Source of the DNA: an uncultured Chloroflexia bacterium
Lineage (GTDB): Bacteria > Chloroflexota > Limnocylindria > Limnocylindrales > CSP1-4
Assembly: GCA_963833225.1 (NCBI GenBank)
Contig: CAWHXD010000019.1
Location: 374,075-438,074 of the forward strand
Length of the DNA stretch: 64,000 nucleotides
Direction of reading: 5' to 3'
A program made the translations under genes and the position numbers. The stretch's first letter is position 1. Every line of letters starts with the position of its first letter. The notes beneath the pieces were generated by a model. It had not been told where the DNA came from, ran no database searches, and saw only the letters and a program-made list of their open reading frames with translations. This document shows positions 17,003-26,278 of the stretch, in pieces.

Positions 17003-18864
17003 CTATCGCCGGCGCAGGCGCTCGCGGGCGTTGTCAAGCAGGATGAACAGCCCAAGGCCCGCAAGGACCAGCAGCACGAGCTCGCGCAGATACGTCCACG
17101 CGAGCAGCAGCGCGGACACGGACGCCAGGATCACCGTCACTCGGAGCAGGAGCGTCTCGACGCGTCGCTGGCGCGAACGACTCGATCGCGAGGTATCCGA
17201 TCACGAGCAGCATGACGGTGGCGCCCACGGGCAGGATCTGGAACCACAGGATCACGGCGAGCGCGATGACCAGGACCCCGACGCTCAACGCCGCCCACGT
17301 CTCGGCAAACACGCGCCGCCGGGTGTGGTCGGGCGGCTCCGGGGTGGCGGTAGACGTGAGGTGTTCCCGAGGATCGCCGCGGTAGCCCGCGTCATAGCGG
17401 GCGAGATACGCCTCGGCCGCGGCCGCCGCGGCCCGCAGCTCCGCCGCGGCCGCCCGCTGCGACGCGAGGCGGGCCTCGCCGTCGGCCAGCTCGGTCGCCC
17501 GGCGAGCCCGGTACTCGCCAAGCCCGGAGGCCTCGGCCAGGGCACGGACCTCAACACCCAGCCCGGGAAGGGTCGAGGCAAGCTCGGATGCCTCGGCTTC
17601 GATCGCGCGCCGTTCCGCATCGAGGGTCGCAACGCGGCCCTCGAGCGTCGCACGCGTCTCGGCCGGCGTCGGGATCCCGGCCAGCCCGACGAAGCTCAGC
17701 GGGTCGTTCCAGGACTGGCGGACGGTCCCGGCGCGTGTGTACTTCGGCCCCGCGGGCGCTCGCTCGCCCGCCATCCGGTCCCCGGTGTCCAGGCCCCACA
17801 GGCCCCGGTACGCGTCCACCCACCCGTCGGCATCCGAGACCAGGACGGGGCTCCACGCGATCTCCTGGCCCGGGCCGACGGTGACGCCGTCGCCACGCGC
17901 ATAGTCCACGAACGGGATGCTCACGAGGCGCGCGATCATCTCGGCAAGGTCGCCGGGGTCGGGCTGGTTGAGCGTGTCGCGCCACGTCCGTCGGACCCAG
18001 TCGAGAATGCCGCGCTGCAGCGCGGACCCGGGCAGGGCAAGCCGCATGATGTACTCGCCAGGCTCGACGTACGTCGCATGCGGACCCGGCGCCGGGGTAG
18101 ACGACGACGTGCTCGCCCTCCTTGCGGAGCGTGGGGTCGTCCCAGCGGCGGCGCAGGTCCGCGCCACGCTCGTCGTGCGCCGCGGCCGCGAACCAGATCG
18201 GGATGACGTCCCCGTCGGGCAGCTGCTCGAGGATCACGAAGGCCTGCTCCCAGTCGGCCTCGTGGTCATTGGCGCCCTCGAACGTCGAGCGCCAGTCATT
18301 CATCGGGTAGAAGAACAGGTAGTGCAGGACGACCCAGCCATCCTGGCGGACGACGCGTCCGTGATAGCTGACCCGCGGGTCCCTCGAACGCAGGCGCTGG
18401 TACTTGATTGCGGCCGCGGCGGCCGTGCCGCCCGGGACCTTGCCGCGCACGAGGAGCGAGGCCACGACCCCGGCGTCCAGCATGCGGGCGAGGATGCCCA
18501 CGCGAGCCAGGCGCCCGGGCGCGCGGAACCGTGGCCGGTCTGGCCGGTTCATGAACCTCGCGAGCTCGAGCGGGTTGAGCGGCTCCTGCACGAAGCGCAG
18601 GAAATGGGCTTCCCCGGGCGGCGCGTCGCCAATCGCCGCCAGGCGCTCGGCGTCGAGCTCGCCGACCGGGACCACCACCCGTGCGGCTGACGGCGTGGGG
18701 CCAGAGAGCAGGTCGCATGCGGCCAGGTAGCTCGTCGCCGGGGTGGGGAAGAACTGCTCCCCGTGCGTGAACCGCAGGATCGGCTCGAAGCGGCGAAGCA
18801 GGGCCTCGTCCCCATCGCCCGGGCTCGCCGGGGCCGCGGGCGCCACGCCCACCGGGACGGTCAT
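17003..18864 (-). pseudogene. membrane-anchored protein with FFYPMNDW...NDHEADWE motif (tentatively Vps62/DUF946-like), coiled coil and C-terminal TM helices; two frameshifts
   Basis: Three reading frames must be joined. The first join is ...EGEHVVVYPGAGS|HATYVEPGEYIM... near 18080-18087. The second is ...LLVIGYLAIESFA|QRRVETLLLRVTVILASVSALLLAWTYLRELVLLVLAGLGLFILLDNARERLRRR* near 17168-17176, with TAG at 17003-17005. Both sites are extra C/G in short runs. Confidence 0.7.
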
Positions 18865-19336
18865 TCGCGTTGCCCGGCCGAGATGCGTGCGCGGTCGAGG
18901 AGGTCACACCCAGGACCTCGCGGACCTCGCGCTGGTTGAGGTAGAACACGGTGATGATGTTGAGCCCCATCCACAGGTGGTTGGCGCCGCCGTTCGCGAA
19001 GCCGTAGAGATCGAGCGCGATGGCCAGCCCGGTGACGACCATCGCCAGCAGCCAGCCCACCCGCCTGCGGCCCAGCATCCCCAGGGCCGAGACCACCAGC
19101 ACGACGCCGTAGATCGCGAGGATCGAGCCCGCCCACGGCACCTGTCGGACCAGCGCGATGAAGTCGGGCGTGGTCGAGAGCGCGACCGCGGGCTGGAGTG
19201 CGACGAAGCTGGTCCCGCCGACCAGGATGAACACCAGGATCGCCCTGAACAGCATCACGCCGGAGAGGATGTAGAGCGTCAGCGGCAGCCGCCGCCGGGG
19301 CGATCCCGAGGCGGGCAGGGGAGCAGGTTCCGACAT
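18861..19336 (-). CDS. 4-TM membrane protein, unknown function (3' end uncertain)
   Basis: MSEPAPL...LTLYILSGVMLFRAILVFILVGG...SILAIYGVVLVVSALGML...WLLAMVVTGLAIALDLY...MGLNIITVFYL. The in-frame ORF runs on to 18296 through the next gene. An alternative frame ends at 18861 with an ATGA overlap, so a further frameshift near the 3' end is possible. Confidence 0.5.
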
Positions 19337-19370
19337 CGAGCCTATGGTGCCACGCACCCTCTCCCGGGTC

Positions 19371-20312
19371 TCACGGGTGCAGCAGCAGCAGGCCGCCCGG
19401 GTAGAGGCGTGCGTCGAGCGACGAGGGGGCGACGACGTCCCCGTCCACCTGCGTGGGGCCCGGCGGTGACACGGTGACCCTGACGTGGGTGCCGAGGAGC
19501 CGGATTCCGGCTCCCGAGTGGGATTCGCCGGCCGCGTCGGCGAGCATGAGCTCCAGCGCGCCACGGATCCCGCCGAGGAGCCCCCCTCGGGGCAGGACGA
19601 ACACGTGCAGCAGCCCGTCATCGGGGCGGATCGGCAGCCTTGGTCCCAGCCGTCCGGGGATCGGCTCGCCGCAGTTGGCCACGAGGACGACGACCGACTC
19701 CAGCTCCTTGCGGACGCCGTCGACCTCCACGATCGTCGGCCGCGGGGCGAGATCACCCAGCAGCCGGCTTGCCGCCAGGAAGTACGCGGCCACCCCGTAC
19801 CGGCGCTTGGCGTCATGGGACGTGGCCGCGATGAGCCGGGCGTCGAGGCCCGTGCCACAGGCCACGATGAACGGGGAGTCGACCGCGTCCGCCCCGTCGC
19901 GGGGGCCACCCGACGGCCGCATCCGGACAGACCCCACGTCGAACGGCACGGGCGAGCCTGCGCGGATGACGTCGATCGCCGCGCCCAGGTCACGGGGCAG
20001 TCCGACCGCCGTCGCGTACAGGTTGCCGGTGCCGCAGGGGACGATGGCGACAGGGGTCCCGCTGCGGGTGAGCGGCCCCGAGGCGTCCCGGACGGTCCCG
20101 TCTCCGCCGGCCACCACGACGAGCCCGGCGCCGGCGTCCACGGCGGAGGTCGCTGCCGCCCGAACCATCGCGGACTCGCCGGCCTCGATCACCTCGATCC
20201 GCGTGGCCCCGCGGGCGCGCGCCGCGGCGGTCACGGCCCGAATGACGCGGCGGCGCTCCCGGTCGTCGCGGATGCGCGACGCGAGCGGGCTGACGATGAG
20301 CGTGGCGAGCAT
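19371..20312 (-). CDS. diacylglycerol kinase catalytic-domain family lipid kinase (YegS/BmrU-like)
   Basis: VVVAGGDGTV, AIVPCGTGNLYA and a C-terminal beta-sandwich-like region. The start lies 10 nt after the E2 stop. Confidence 0.8.
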   Translation of the reverse strand: MLATLIVSPLASRIRDDRERRRVIRAVTAAARARGATRIEVIEAGESAMVRAAATSAVDAGAGLVVVAGGDGTVRDASGPLTRSGTPVAIVPCGTGNLYATAVGLPRDLGAAIDVIRAGSPVPFDVGSVRMRPSGGPRDGADAVDSPFIVACGTGLDARLIAATSHDAKRRYGVAAYFLAASRLLGDLAPRPTIVEVDGVRKELESVVVLVANCGEPIPGRLGPRLPIRPDDGLLHVFVLPRGGLLGGIRGALELMLADAAGESHSGAGIRLLGTHVRVTVSPPGPTQVDGDVVAPSSLDARLYPGGLLLLHP

Positions 20313-20322
20313 CAGCCCGGGC

Positions 20323-21674
20323 TCAAGCGTTCGCGATCTCGTCCCGGAACGCGCGGATGTCCTCCAGGCGGCGCCGGAGCGCGTTGAGGAAGCGGGCGCC
20401 TGTCTCGCCGTCCACGATCCGGTGGTCTGCCGAGAGCGTCAGCTTCATCACCTGCCGGATCCCGATGCCGCCGTCGACGGCCATCGGGGTGGCGATCGCC
20501 GAGGACACGGCCAGAATCGCGGCCTCGCCGGGGTTGATGATCGCGCTGAACTCCTCGACGCCGAACATCCCGAGGTTGCTCACGGTGAACGTGGAGCCGG
20601 CCAGGTCGTCGACCGGGATGGAGCCGTCCCTCGCCGCCGCCGCCAGCGCCGCGACACGATCGTGGAGCGCCGCGATGGTGAGACGGTCCGCGTCACGGAC
20701 GACGGGCACCACGAGCCCCGACGGGACCGAGACCGCCACCCCGAGGTGGACGCGCCGACGGGGATAGACGACCTCGCCGTCGGTGCGCGAGTTGACGTCC
20801 GGGAACTCGGCCAGCGTCTGGGCGGTGGCCGCGAGCACGAAGTCGGTCACGGTGAGGGTGTGGCCCTCTGCCTTGAGCTCCGCGCGGAGCGCGAGCACGC
20901 GGGTGACGTCCACCGCCACCGTCACGGTGAAGTGCGGCGTCGTCTGCCAGCTGTTCGTGAGCCGGGCGGCGATGGTCCGGCGCATCCGGCTCATCGGACG
21001 CGGTGCGTCCTCGCCCTCGACCGGGGGGATGACCGGCTGGGCGACGGGCACCGTCGCGGGGGCTGGCGCTGTGGCTGCGGGTGCCGCCGCGGGCGTGGGT
21101 GCCCCGGCCACGGGGACCGGTCGCGCGGTGGCCGCGGCCCGGACGTCGCGCTCGACGATCCGGCCCTCGGGGCCCGAGCCGGTGACCGAGAGCGGGTCAA
21201 CGCCCAGCTGCGCGGCAAGACGGCTCGCGCGCGGGCTGATCTTCACGCGGCCGGGGGCCGCGGGCGCGGGCGAAGGTGCGGCCTCCGGTGCCGCGGCGGC
21301 CGCTTCCACCGGGGCCTCTTGTGCCTGCGGCGAGGCGGGCGTCGCGACCGCGCGCAGCACCGCGTCCGCGACGGGCGCGGTCACGCGGCGTGACCGGCTC
21401 GGCCGGCGTCTCGGGGACGGCCTCGCCTGGCTGGCCGATCCAGCCGCAGACCGCGTTGACCGGTGCCGTCTCACCATCGGCGACGACCCGGGCGAGGAGC
21501 ACGCCCTCCTCGAATGTCTCGACCTCCATCGAGCTCTTGTCGGTCTCGATCTCGAACAGGACGTCGCCCTTGTGGACGGGGTCGCCCACCTCCTTGCGCC
21601 AGAGGGTGAGCACGCACTCCTCGGTCATCTGGCCGGGCTTGGGCATCAGGATCGGGGTGGCCATCGGTGGCTCC
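20323..21674 (-). pseudogene. dihydrolipoamide acyltransferase (E2) of a 2-oxoacid/acetoin-type dehydrogenase complex, frameshifted in the Ala/Pro linker (or a sequencing error)
   Basis: The lipoyl domain (MATPILMPKPGQMTEE...EIETDKSSMEVE) is in one frame, with ATG at 21674 after AAGGAG. The E3-binding segment (ISPRASRLAAQLGVD) and catalytic domain (SADHRIVDG) are in ORF 20323-21477. The frames switch near 21380-21400. Confidence 0.8.
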
Positions 21675-21696
21675 TTGCTCGCTCGGCGTCCGGCCG

Positions 21697-24000
21697 TCAG
21701 ACCAGCGCCACGACGGCGGTGACGATGTCGCCCGAGTTGGGCAGGAACGCCTTCTCGAGGCGTTCCGCCTGGGGGCTGATCCCCGGTGCGGCGCCGATCC
21801 GGCCCACCGGGGCGTCGAGATCGTCGAACGCCTCGGCCTGGATGCGGGCCACGATCTCGTTCACGAACGAGCCGGTGAGCACCGCCTGTGCGGCGACCAC
21901 GCAGCGTCCGGTCTTGCGCACGGACGCGAGGATCGTGTCCATGTCCAGCGGGACGAGGCTGCGGACGTCGATCACCTCGGCCTGGATCCCGCGCGATACC
22001 GCGAGCACGTCGGCAGCGGCCAGGGCGTCCGGGACCGCCGGCCCCCAGGCCACGATCGTGGCATCGCCGCCCTGCCGGACGACGTTCGCCTTGCCGATCG
22101 GCGTGGTGTAGTCGCCCTCGGGCACCACGCCCTTGGTGGAATACAGGCCCTGGCTCTCCACGAACACCACCGGGTTGTTGGTCTGGATCGCGCTCCGCAG
22201 CAGGCCCTTGGCGTCCGCGGCCGTGGCCGGGTAGACGACCCACAAGCCGGGGATGTGGGTGAACAGCGACTCCAGGCTCTGGCTGTGCTGGCCGCCGTAG
22301 CCCTTGCCGGCCCCCACCGAGCACCGGATCACGATCGGCACCTCGACCTGGCCGCCGGACATGTAGTGCCACTTCGCGGCCTGGTTGGCGATCTGGTCGG
22401 ACGACATCAGCGCGAAGTCCATGTACATCAGCTCGACCACCGGTCGCAGGCCCACGATGCCCGCCCCGACCGCGGTGCCGCAGATCGTCGCCTCGGAGAT
22501 CGGCGTGTTGAACACGCGGTCGCGCCCGAAGGTCTCGATCAGGCCCTTGGTCATCTTGAACGCTCCGCCATAGTCGGCCACGTCCTCGCCGTAGAAGATG
22601 ACCCGCCGGTCGCGGCGCATCTCCTCGACCAGCGCGTCGCGGATGGCATCGCGGTACAGGATCCGGCCCTCCGCATCGACCTTGCTCACCGGGGCGTCCG
22701 CGAGCAGCGCGGGCTTCGCATCTGCGGCCGGAACCTCCTCGGACGTGCCGTCGGTGTAGAGCAGGTCAAGCAGGCTGGACGGATCGGGGTCCGTGGCCGC
22801 CGCGGCGCGCTTCGCTGCCCGGGCGTTGCGCTCGGCCGCTCCCGCAAGCACAGCGGCCACCTCGTCGTCGGTGGCAAGCCCGGTTTCGACGAGTTGGCCC
22901 TTGAGCTGCTCGATCGGGTCGACGGCCTTCCACGCGGCCTCCTCGTCGCGCGTCCGGTACTCGTTGCGCGGGTCGGACAGCGAATGGCCGTAGTAGCGGT
23001 AGGTGGAGGCCTCGATGAGGACGGGCCCGTCTCCGGCGCGGCACAGCGCCGCGGCCCGCGTGACGGCGTCGCGGACGGCCAGCACGTCCATGCCGTTGAC
23101 CACCTCGGCGTGCATGTTGTCCGTCGCGAACCCGGCCGCGCGGCGCGCCAGGTGCTTGATGCCCATGACCTCGTCGTCGGTCCGGTGGGTCATGCCGTAG
23201 TGGTTGTTCTGGATGAAGAAGATGATCGGCAGCCCGTACGGCCGATCGCCCGCCAGGTGGTTCGTCCACTGGTGCTGGGCCGCCCAGTTGAGCAATTCCA
23301 GGACCACGCCGTTCGCGTACGCGCCGTCGCCGGCGAAGCAGCACACGACCCCGTCGGTCTGCTCGTAGCGGTGGGCCATCGCCGCGCCTGTCGCGATCGG
23401 CACCGAGCCACCGACGATCGCGTTGGCGCCCAGGTTGCCCGTGGAGAAGTCGCCGATGTGCATGCCGCCCCCGCGGCCGCGGGAGTAGCCCTCGTCCTTG
23501 CCGAACAGCTCGGCGATCACCTTGTAGACGTGCTCCTCGAGGGCCGCGTCCAGGAGCTCGTCGCGGGTGCCGTCCTCGCGGCCCATCCGCGCGCGCAGCT
23601 GCTCGAGCGTCATCTGGCGCAGCGCCGAGAAGCCCTTGGCGATCGCGTCGCCGTGCCCGCGGTGTGACGAGGTGACGTTGTCCGTGATCCGGAGCACGGA
23701 CGAGGCGCCCACCGCCGACGCCTCCTGCCCGATGGAGACGTGCGTGGGACCCCGGTAGTCGTAGCCGGGCAGGGGTTCGTAGCCGCCGCCGGAGCGGAGA
23801 CGGACGATCATCTCCTCCATCTCGCGGATCGCGAGCATGTCGTCCAGGATGCCCAGCGCCTTCGCCTTGTCCAGCGACCCAGCCTTCACCTCGGAGGCGA
23901 GATCGCCCGCGTACTGGAAGCCCGTGATGGACCCCAGCTCCTCCTCGAACGGCGCGAAGTCGGGGCGGGTGTCGCTGTGGTAGACGGTCTCGGTGCTCAT
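21697..24000 (-). CDS. fused E1 alpha-beta component of a thiamine-diphosphate-dependent 2-oxoacid/acetoin-type dehydrogenase
   Basis: N-terminal half carries the TPP motif (FAGDGAYANG...FFIQNNHYGM). C-terminal half is E1-beta-like (ILYRDAIRDAL...FNTPISEATICG...transketolase C-terminal-like). ATG 24000 follows AGGAGA. 767 aa. Confidence 0.85.
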   Translation of the reverse strand: MSTETVYHSDTRPDFAPFEEELGSITGFQYAGDLASEVKAGSLDKAKALGILDDMLAIREMEEMIVRLRSGGGYEPLPGYDYRGPTHVSIGQEASAVGASSVLRITDNVTSSHRGHGDAIAKGFSALRQMTLEQLRARMGREDGTRDELLDAALEEHVYKVIAELFGKDEGYSRGRGGGMHIGDFSTGNLGANAIVGGSVPIATGAAMAHRYEQTDGVVCCFAGDGAYANGVVLELLNWAAQHQWTNHLAGDRPYGLPIIFFIQNNHYGMTHRTDDEVMGIKHLARRAAGFATDNMHAEVVNGMDVLAVRDAVTRAAALCRAGDGPVLIEASTYRYYGHSLSDPRNEYRTRDEEAAWKAVDPIEQLKGQLVETGLATDDEVAAVLAGAAERNARAAKRAAAATDPDPSSLLDLLYTDGTSEEVPAADAKPALLADAPVSKVDAEGRILYRDAIRDALVEEMRRDRRVIFYGEDVADYGGAFKMTKGLIETFGRDRVFNTPISEATICGTAVGAGIVGLRPVVELMYMDFALMSSDQIANQAAKWHYMSGGQVEVPIVIRCSVGAGKGYGGQHSQSLESLFTHIPGLWVVYPATAADAKGLLRSAIQTNNPVVFVESQGLYSTKGVVPEGDYTTPIGKANVVRQGGDATIVAWGPAVPDALAAADVLAVSRGIQAEVIDVRSLVPLDMDTILASVRKTGRCVVAAQAVLTGSFVNEIVARIQAEAFDDLDAPVGRIGAAPGISPQAERLEKAFLPNSGDIVTAVVALV

Positions 24001-24028
24001 CGGGTCTCCTGGGTTTCGGCGGATCGGG

Positions 24029-25021
24029 TCAGGGTTGCGGGGTGGCGACCAGGAGGCGGGCCGCCTCCTCGTCGGTGACCAGGCGGTGGACGAGGCCGCT
24101 GCGGAGGGCGGCCCGGATGGCAGGCACCTTGTCGGCCCCGCCGGCGATGGCGATGACATCCGGCACCCGCCGGAACTGGTCCTCGCGGACGGCGATGCAC
24201 CGCTCCGGCAGGCCGGCGGCGCGGACCTCGCGGCCCTCCGCGTCGAGGACGATCGAAGCGATGTCGGCAACGCCACCCGCCTCGTCAACGGCACGCGCGT
24301 CGGTCTCGGTGAGCGCCGCGCGGATCGTGGATGCACCCGGGCCCCATGCGCCGATGCCGACGACCGCACGCGTCAGTCGATCGAACTGGCTCAGCGTCGC
24401 CGAGGCCATCGGGTCGCTCGCGAGGGCGTCCGCCATCTCGGCGCTGCCCACCAGGAGCGGCACGTGGAGCGGGAAGACCGGGCCTGTCGCGCGTTCGGCC
24501 AGACGGCGCACGAGCTCGAGCGAGTTCAGCTCAAGCTGCAGCGTGGGGACGCTGCCCACGAGCTGCACGACGGTGCAGGCGGGGAGCCGGGGGAGCTGCT
24601 CGACCAGGGCGTGCAGCGTCCTGCCCCACGAGATGCCGAGCACGTCGGCGGCCTCGAGGACATCGCCCAGGACGGCGGCGGCCGCCCGCCCGAGCCCCGC
24701 GAGGCGCATCGCCTCCGTCCCGGTCGAGGAGCGGACCACCACGGCCCCGCGGATCCGGTAGCGGTCCCGGAGCGCGTCGGCGAGCTCCAGATCCAGCTCC
24801 GGAAGCGGCGCGATGTCAATCCGGACGATGCCGTCCCGACGGGCCCGGTCCAGCATCCGGGCAACCCTGAAGCGCGACACGCCCAGCTCGGCGGCGATCT
24901 CGCTCTTGCTGGCGCCGTCGAGGTAGTAGCGGCGGCAGGCCAGCACCGTGCTCAGGAGGTGCAGCCGGGATGCGGACGCGTCGCGATCGAGGACCACGCG
25001 AGTAGCGTATGACCTGATCAT
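24029..25021 (-). CDS. SorC/DeoR(Bsu)/CggR family sugar-binding transcriptional regulator
   Basis: HTH (SKSEIAAELGVSRFRVARMLDRARRDGIVRI) followed by a sugar-phosphate-binding domain (ISWGRTL...VVQLVGS...VVGIGAW...AGGADK). The true start is possibly a downstream GTG near 24994. Confidence 0.8.
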   Translation of the reverse strand: MIRSYATRVVLDRDASASRLHLLSTVLACRRYYLDGASKSEIAAELGVSRFRVARMLDRARRDGIVRIDIAPLPELDLELADALRDRYRIRGAVVVRSSTGTEAMRLAGLGRAAAAVLGDVLEAADVLGISWGRTLHALVEQLPRLPACTVVQLVGSVPTLQLELNSLELVRRLAERATGPVFPLHVPLLVGSAEMADALASDPMASATLSQFDRLTRAVVGIGAWGPGASTIRAALTETDARAVDEAGGVADIASIVLDAEGREVRAAGLPERCIAVREDQFRRVPDVIAIAGGADKVPAIRAALRSGLVHRLVTDEEAARLLVATPQP

Positions 25022-25052
25022 TCGAGCGTCAACCGCTCAAATGATCAGGTCA
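25010..25052. promoter_or_regulatory. perfect 13-bp inverted repeat TGACCTGATCATT-N17-AATGATCAGGTCA at the sorC 5' end
   Basis: Read directly. AT-rich relative to its surroundings. Overlaps the annotated start and upstream region of the SorC-family gene, so it is a candidate operator. Confidence 0.5.
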
Positions 25053-25443
25053 GGCAAGGAGCTGGCCGCCGATCAGCCGGCGGCAAGCGACTGGCCGCCC
25101 CCCCAAGCCTGCGGGCGGTTGAACGGTGCGGTCCCGGCACCGGTCGGCCGTCCGGCGCCCGGATCAGGCCCTGGCCCGTCGCCGCACCGCACAGATGGAC
25201 CGCCCGGCGGCAGGAGGCGAACGTGGCTGCACCGTAGGACCGCTGAGCTGCAGATGCGCGACGGTCATCCGATCCTGTCAGCACCGGATGGCATGGGGAC
25301 ACCCAGCGGCGCAGTCGTCGCAGGGTGCGACCGTCGGGTCACGGAGCGGCCGGGCACATCGTCGGCCACTCCCATCCGCGCGGCCGGACTCCAATCGCCG
25401 TGCCGTCGTTGGCCCCGCCACCTCGAGGCGGCAGGGCATCGGG

Positions 25444-26268
25444 TCAGACCAGGTCGGTTTCGATCCCGAAGGCGTCCTTGACCGAGCGGAGCTCATCGTC
25501 GGTCAGGCGCTGGCCGCGACCGCCGGCGACGAGGTCCAGGTACTCGTAGCGGGCCCCGGCCTCCGCGTACTCGATCCGGTCGACCGCGCGGGTGACGCTG
25601 ATGTCGCTGCGGGCCATGACCCCGTGCTTGGACCAGACGTCGATGCGGTGCGTCCTCAGGCTTCCCACGTTGGCGGCCATCATTGCGTCCGACCCGGGGA
25701 GCATGAACGGCAGGATGCCGATGCCCCGCGGGAGCTGGACGATGGTCTCCGGCTCCCAGCGCATGACCCTGGCGTTGAAGTAGGCCTCGTCGCTGTATTC
25801 GGGGATGTGCGACAGGTAGGTCAGGTGCGGCGGCTGGGCGTGGACGACCGCATGGAAGTTCGTGCCGGTGCGTGCGACGGTGTCGTCGTGGACGGCGAGG
25901 TGCGAGTTCCACTCCGAGGTGAGCTTCTCGAACAGCCGCCCCGGGGAAGTCCACAGCGTCGCTGTCACGCCGTCGGCTTCGATGACGACCGCTCCCACGC
26001 TGTTGACCGGCGTGACCGCCAGGTCCCGGAGGCGCCGGCCGGATCCCGTGACGATGACGGTGTGGCCGGCCAGGCGCGCGGCCGGGAGCGGCAGTGCGAT
26101 GGACTCGCGGTTCGGGAAGCGCCGCCGGACCTCGATCGGCCAGCCGATGCAGATCGAGATGTTGCCGGCGGCCCCTTCGCCCGCGTCGATCGCGGCCACG
26201 CGGCGGCCGCCCTCGCCCATCGAGGCCAGGAGCTCGTCGAGCTCGGGGAACGGCTCGTTCAGCGCCAT
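25444..26268 (-). CDS. rhaD: rhamnulose-1-phosphate aldolase (class II aldolase/adducin family)
   Basis: 274 aa, the same length as E. coli RhaD. Colinear motifs: GGNISI, VIVTGSG, HxxxH region (FHAVVHAQPPH), GIGILPFMLPGS. ATG 26268 follows GGGAGGA. Confidence 0.8.
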   Translation of the reverse strand: MALNEPFPELDELLASMGEGGRRVAAIDAGEGAAGNISICIGWPIEVRRRFPNRESIALPLPAARLAGHTVIVTGSGRRLRDLAVTPVNSVGAVVIEADGVTATLWTSPGRLFEKLTSEWNSHLAVHDDTVARTGTNFHAVVHAQPPHLTYLSHIPEYSDEAYFNARVMRWEPETIVQLPRGIGILPFMLPGSDAMMAANVGSLRTHRIDVWSKHGVMARSDISVTRAVDRIEYAEAGARYEYLDLVAGGRGQRLTDDELRSVKDAFGIETDLV

Positions 26269-26278
26269 CGAGTCCTCC

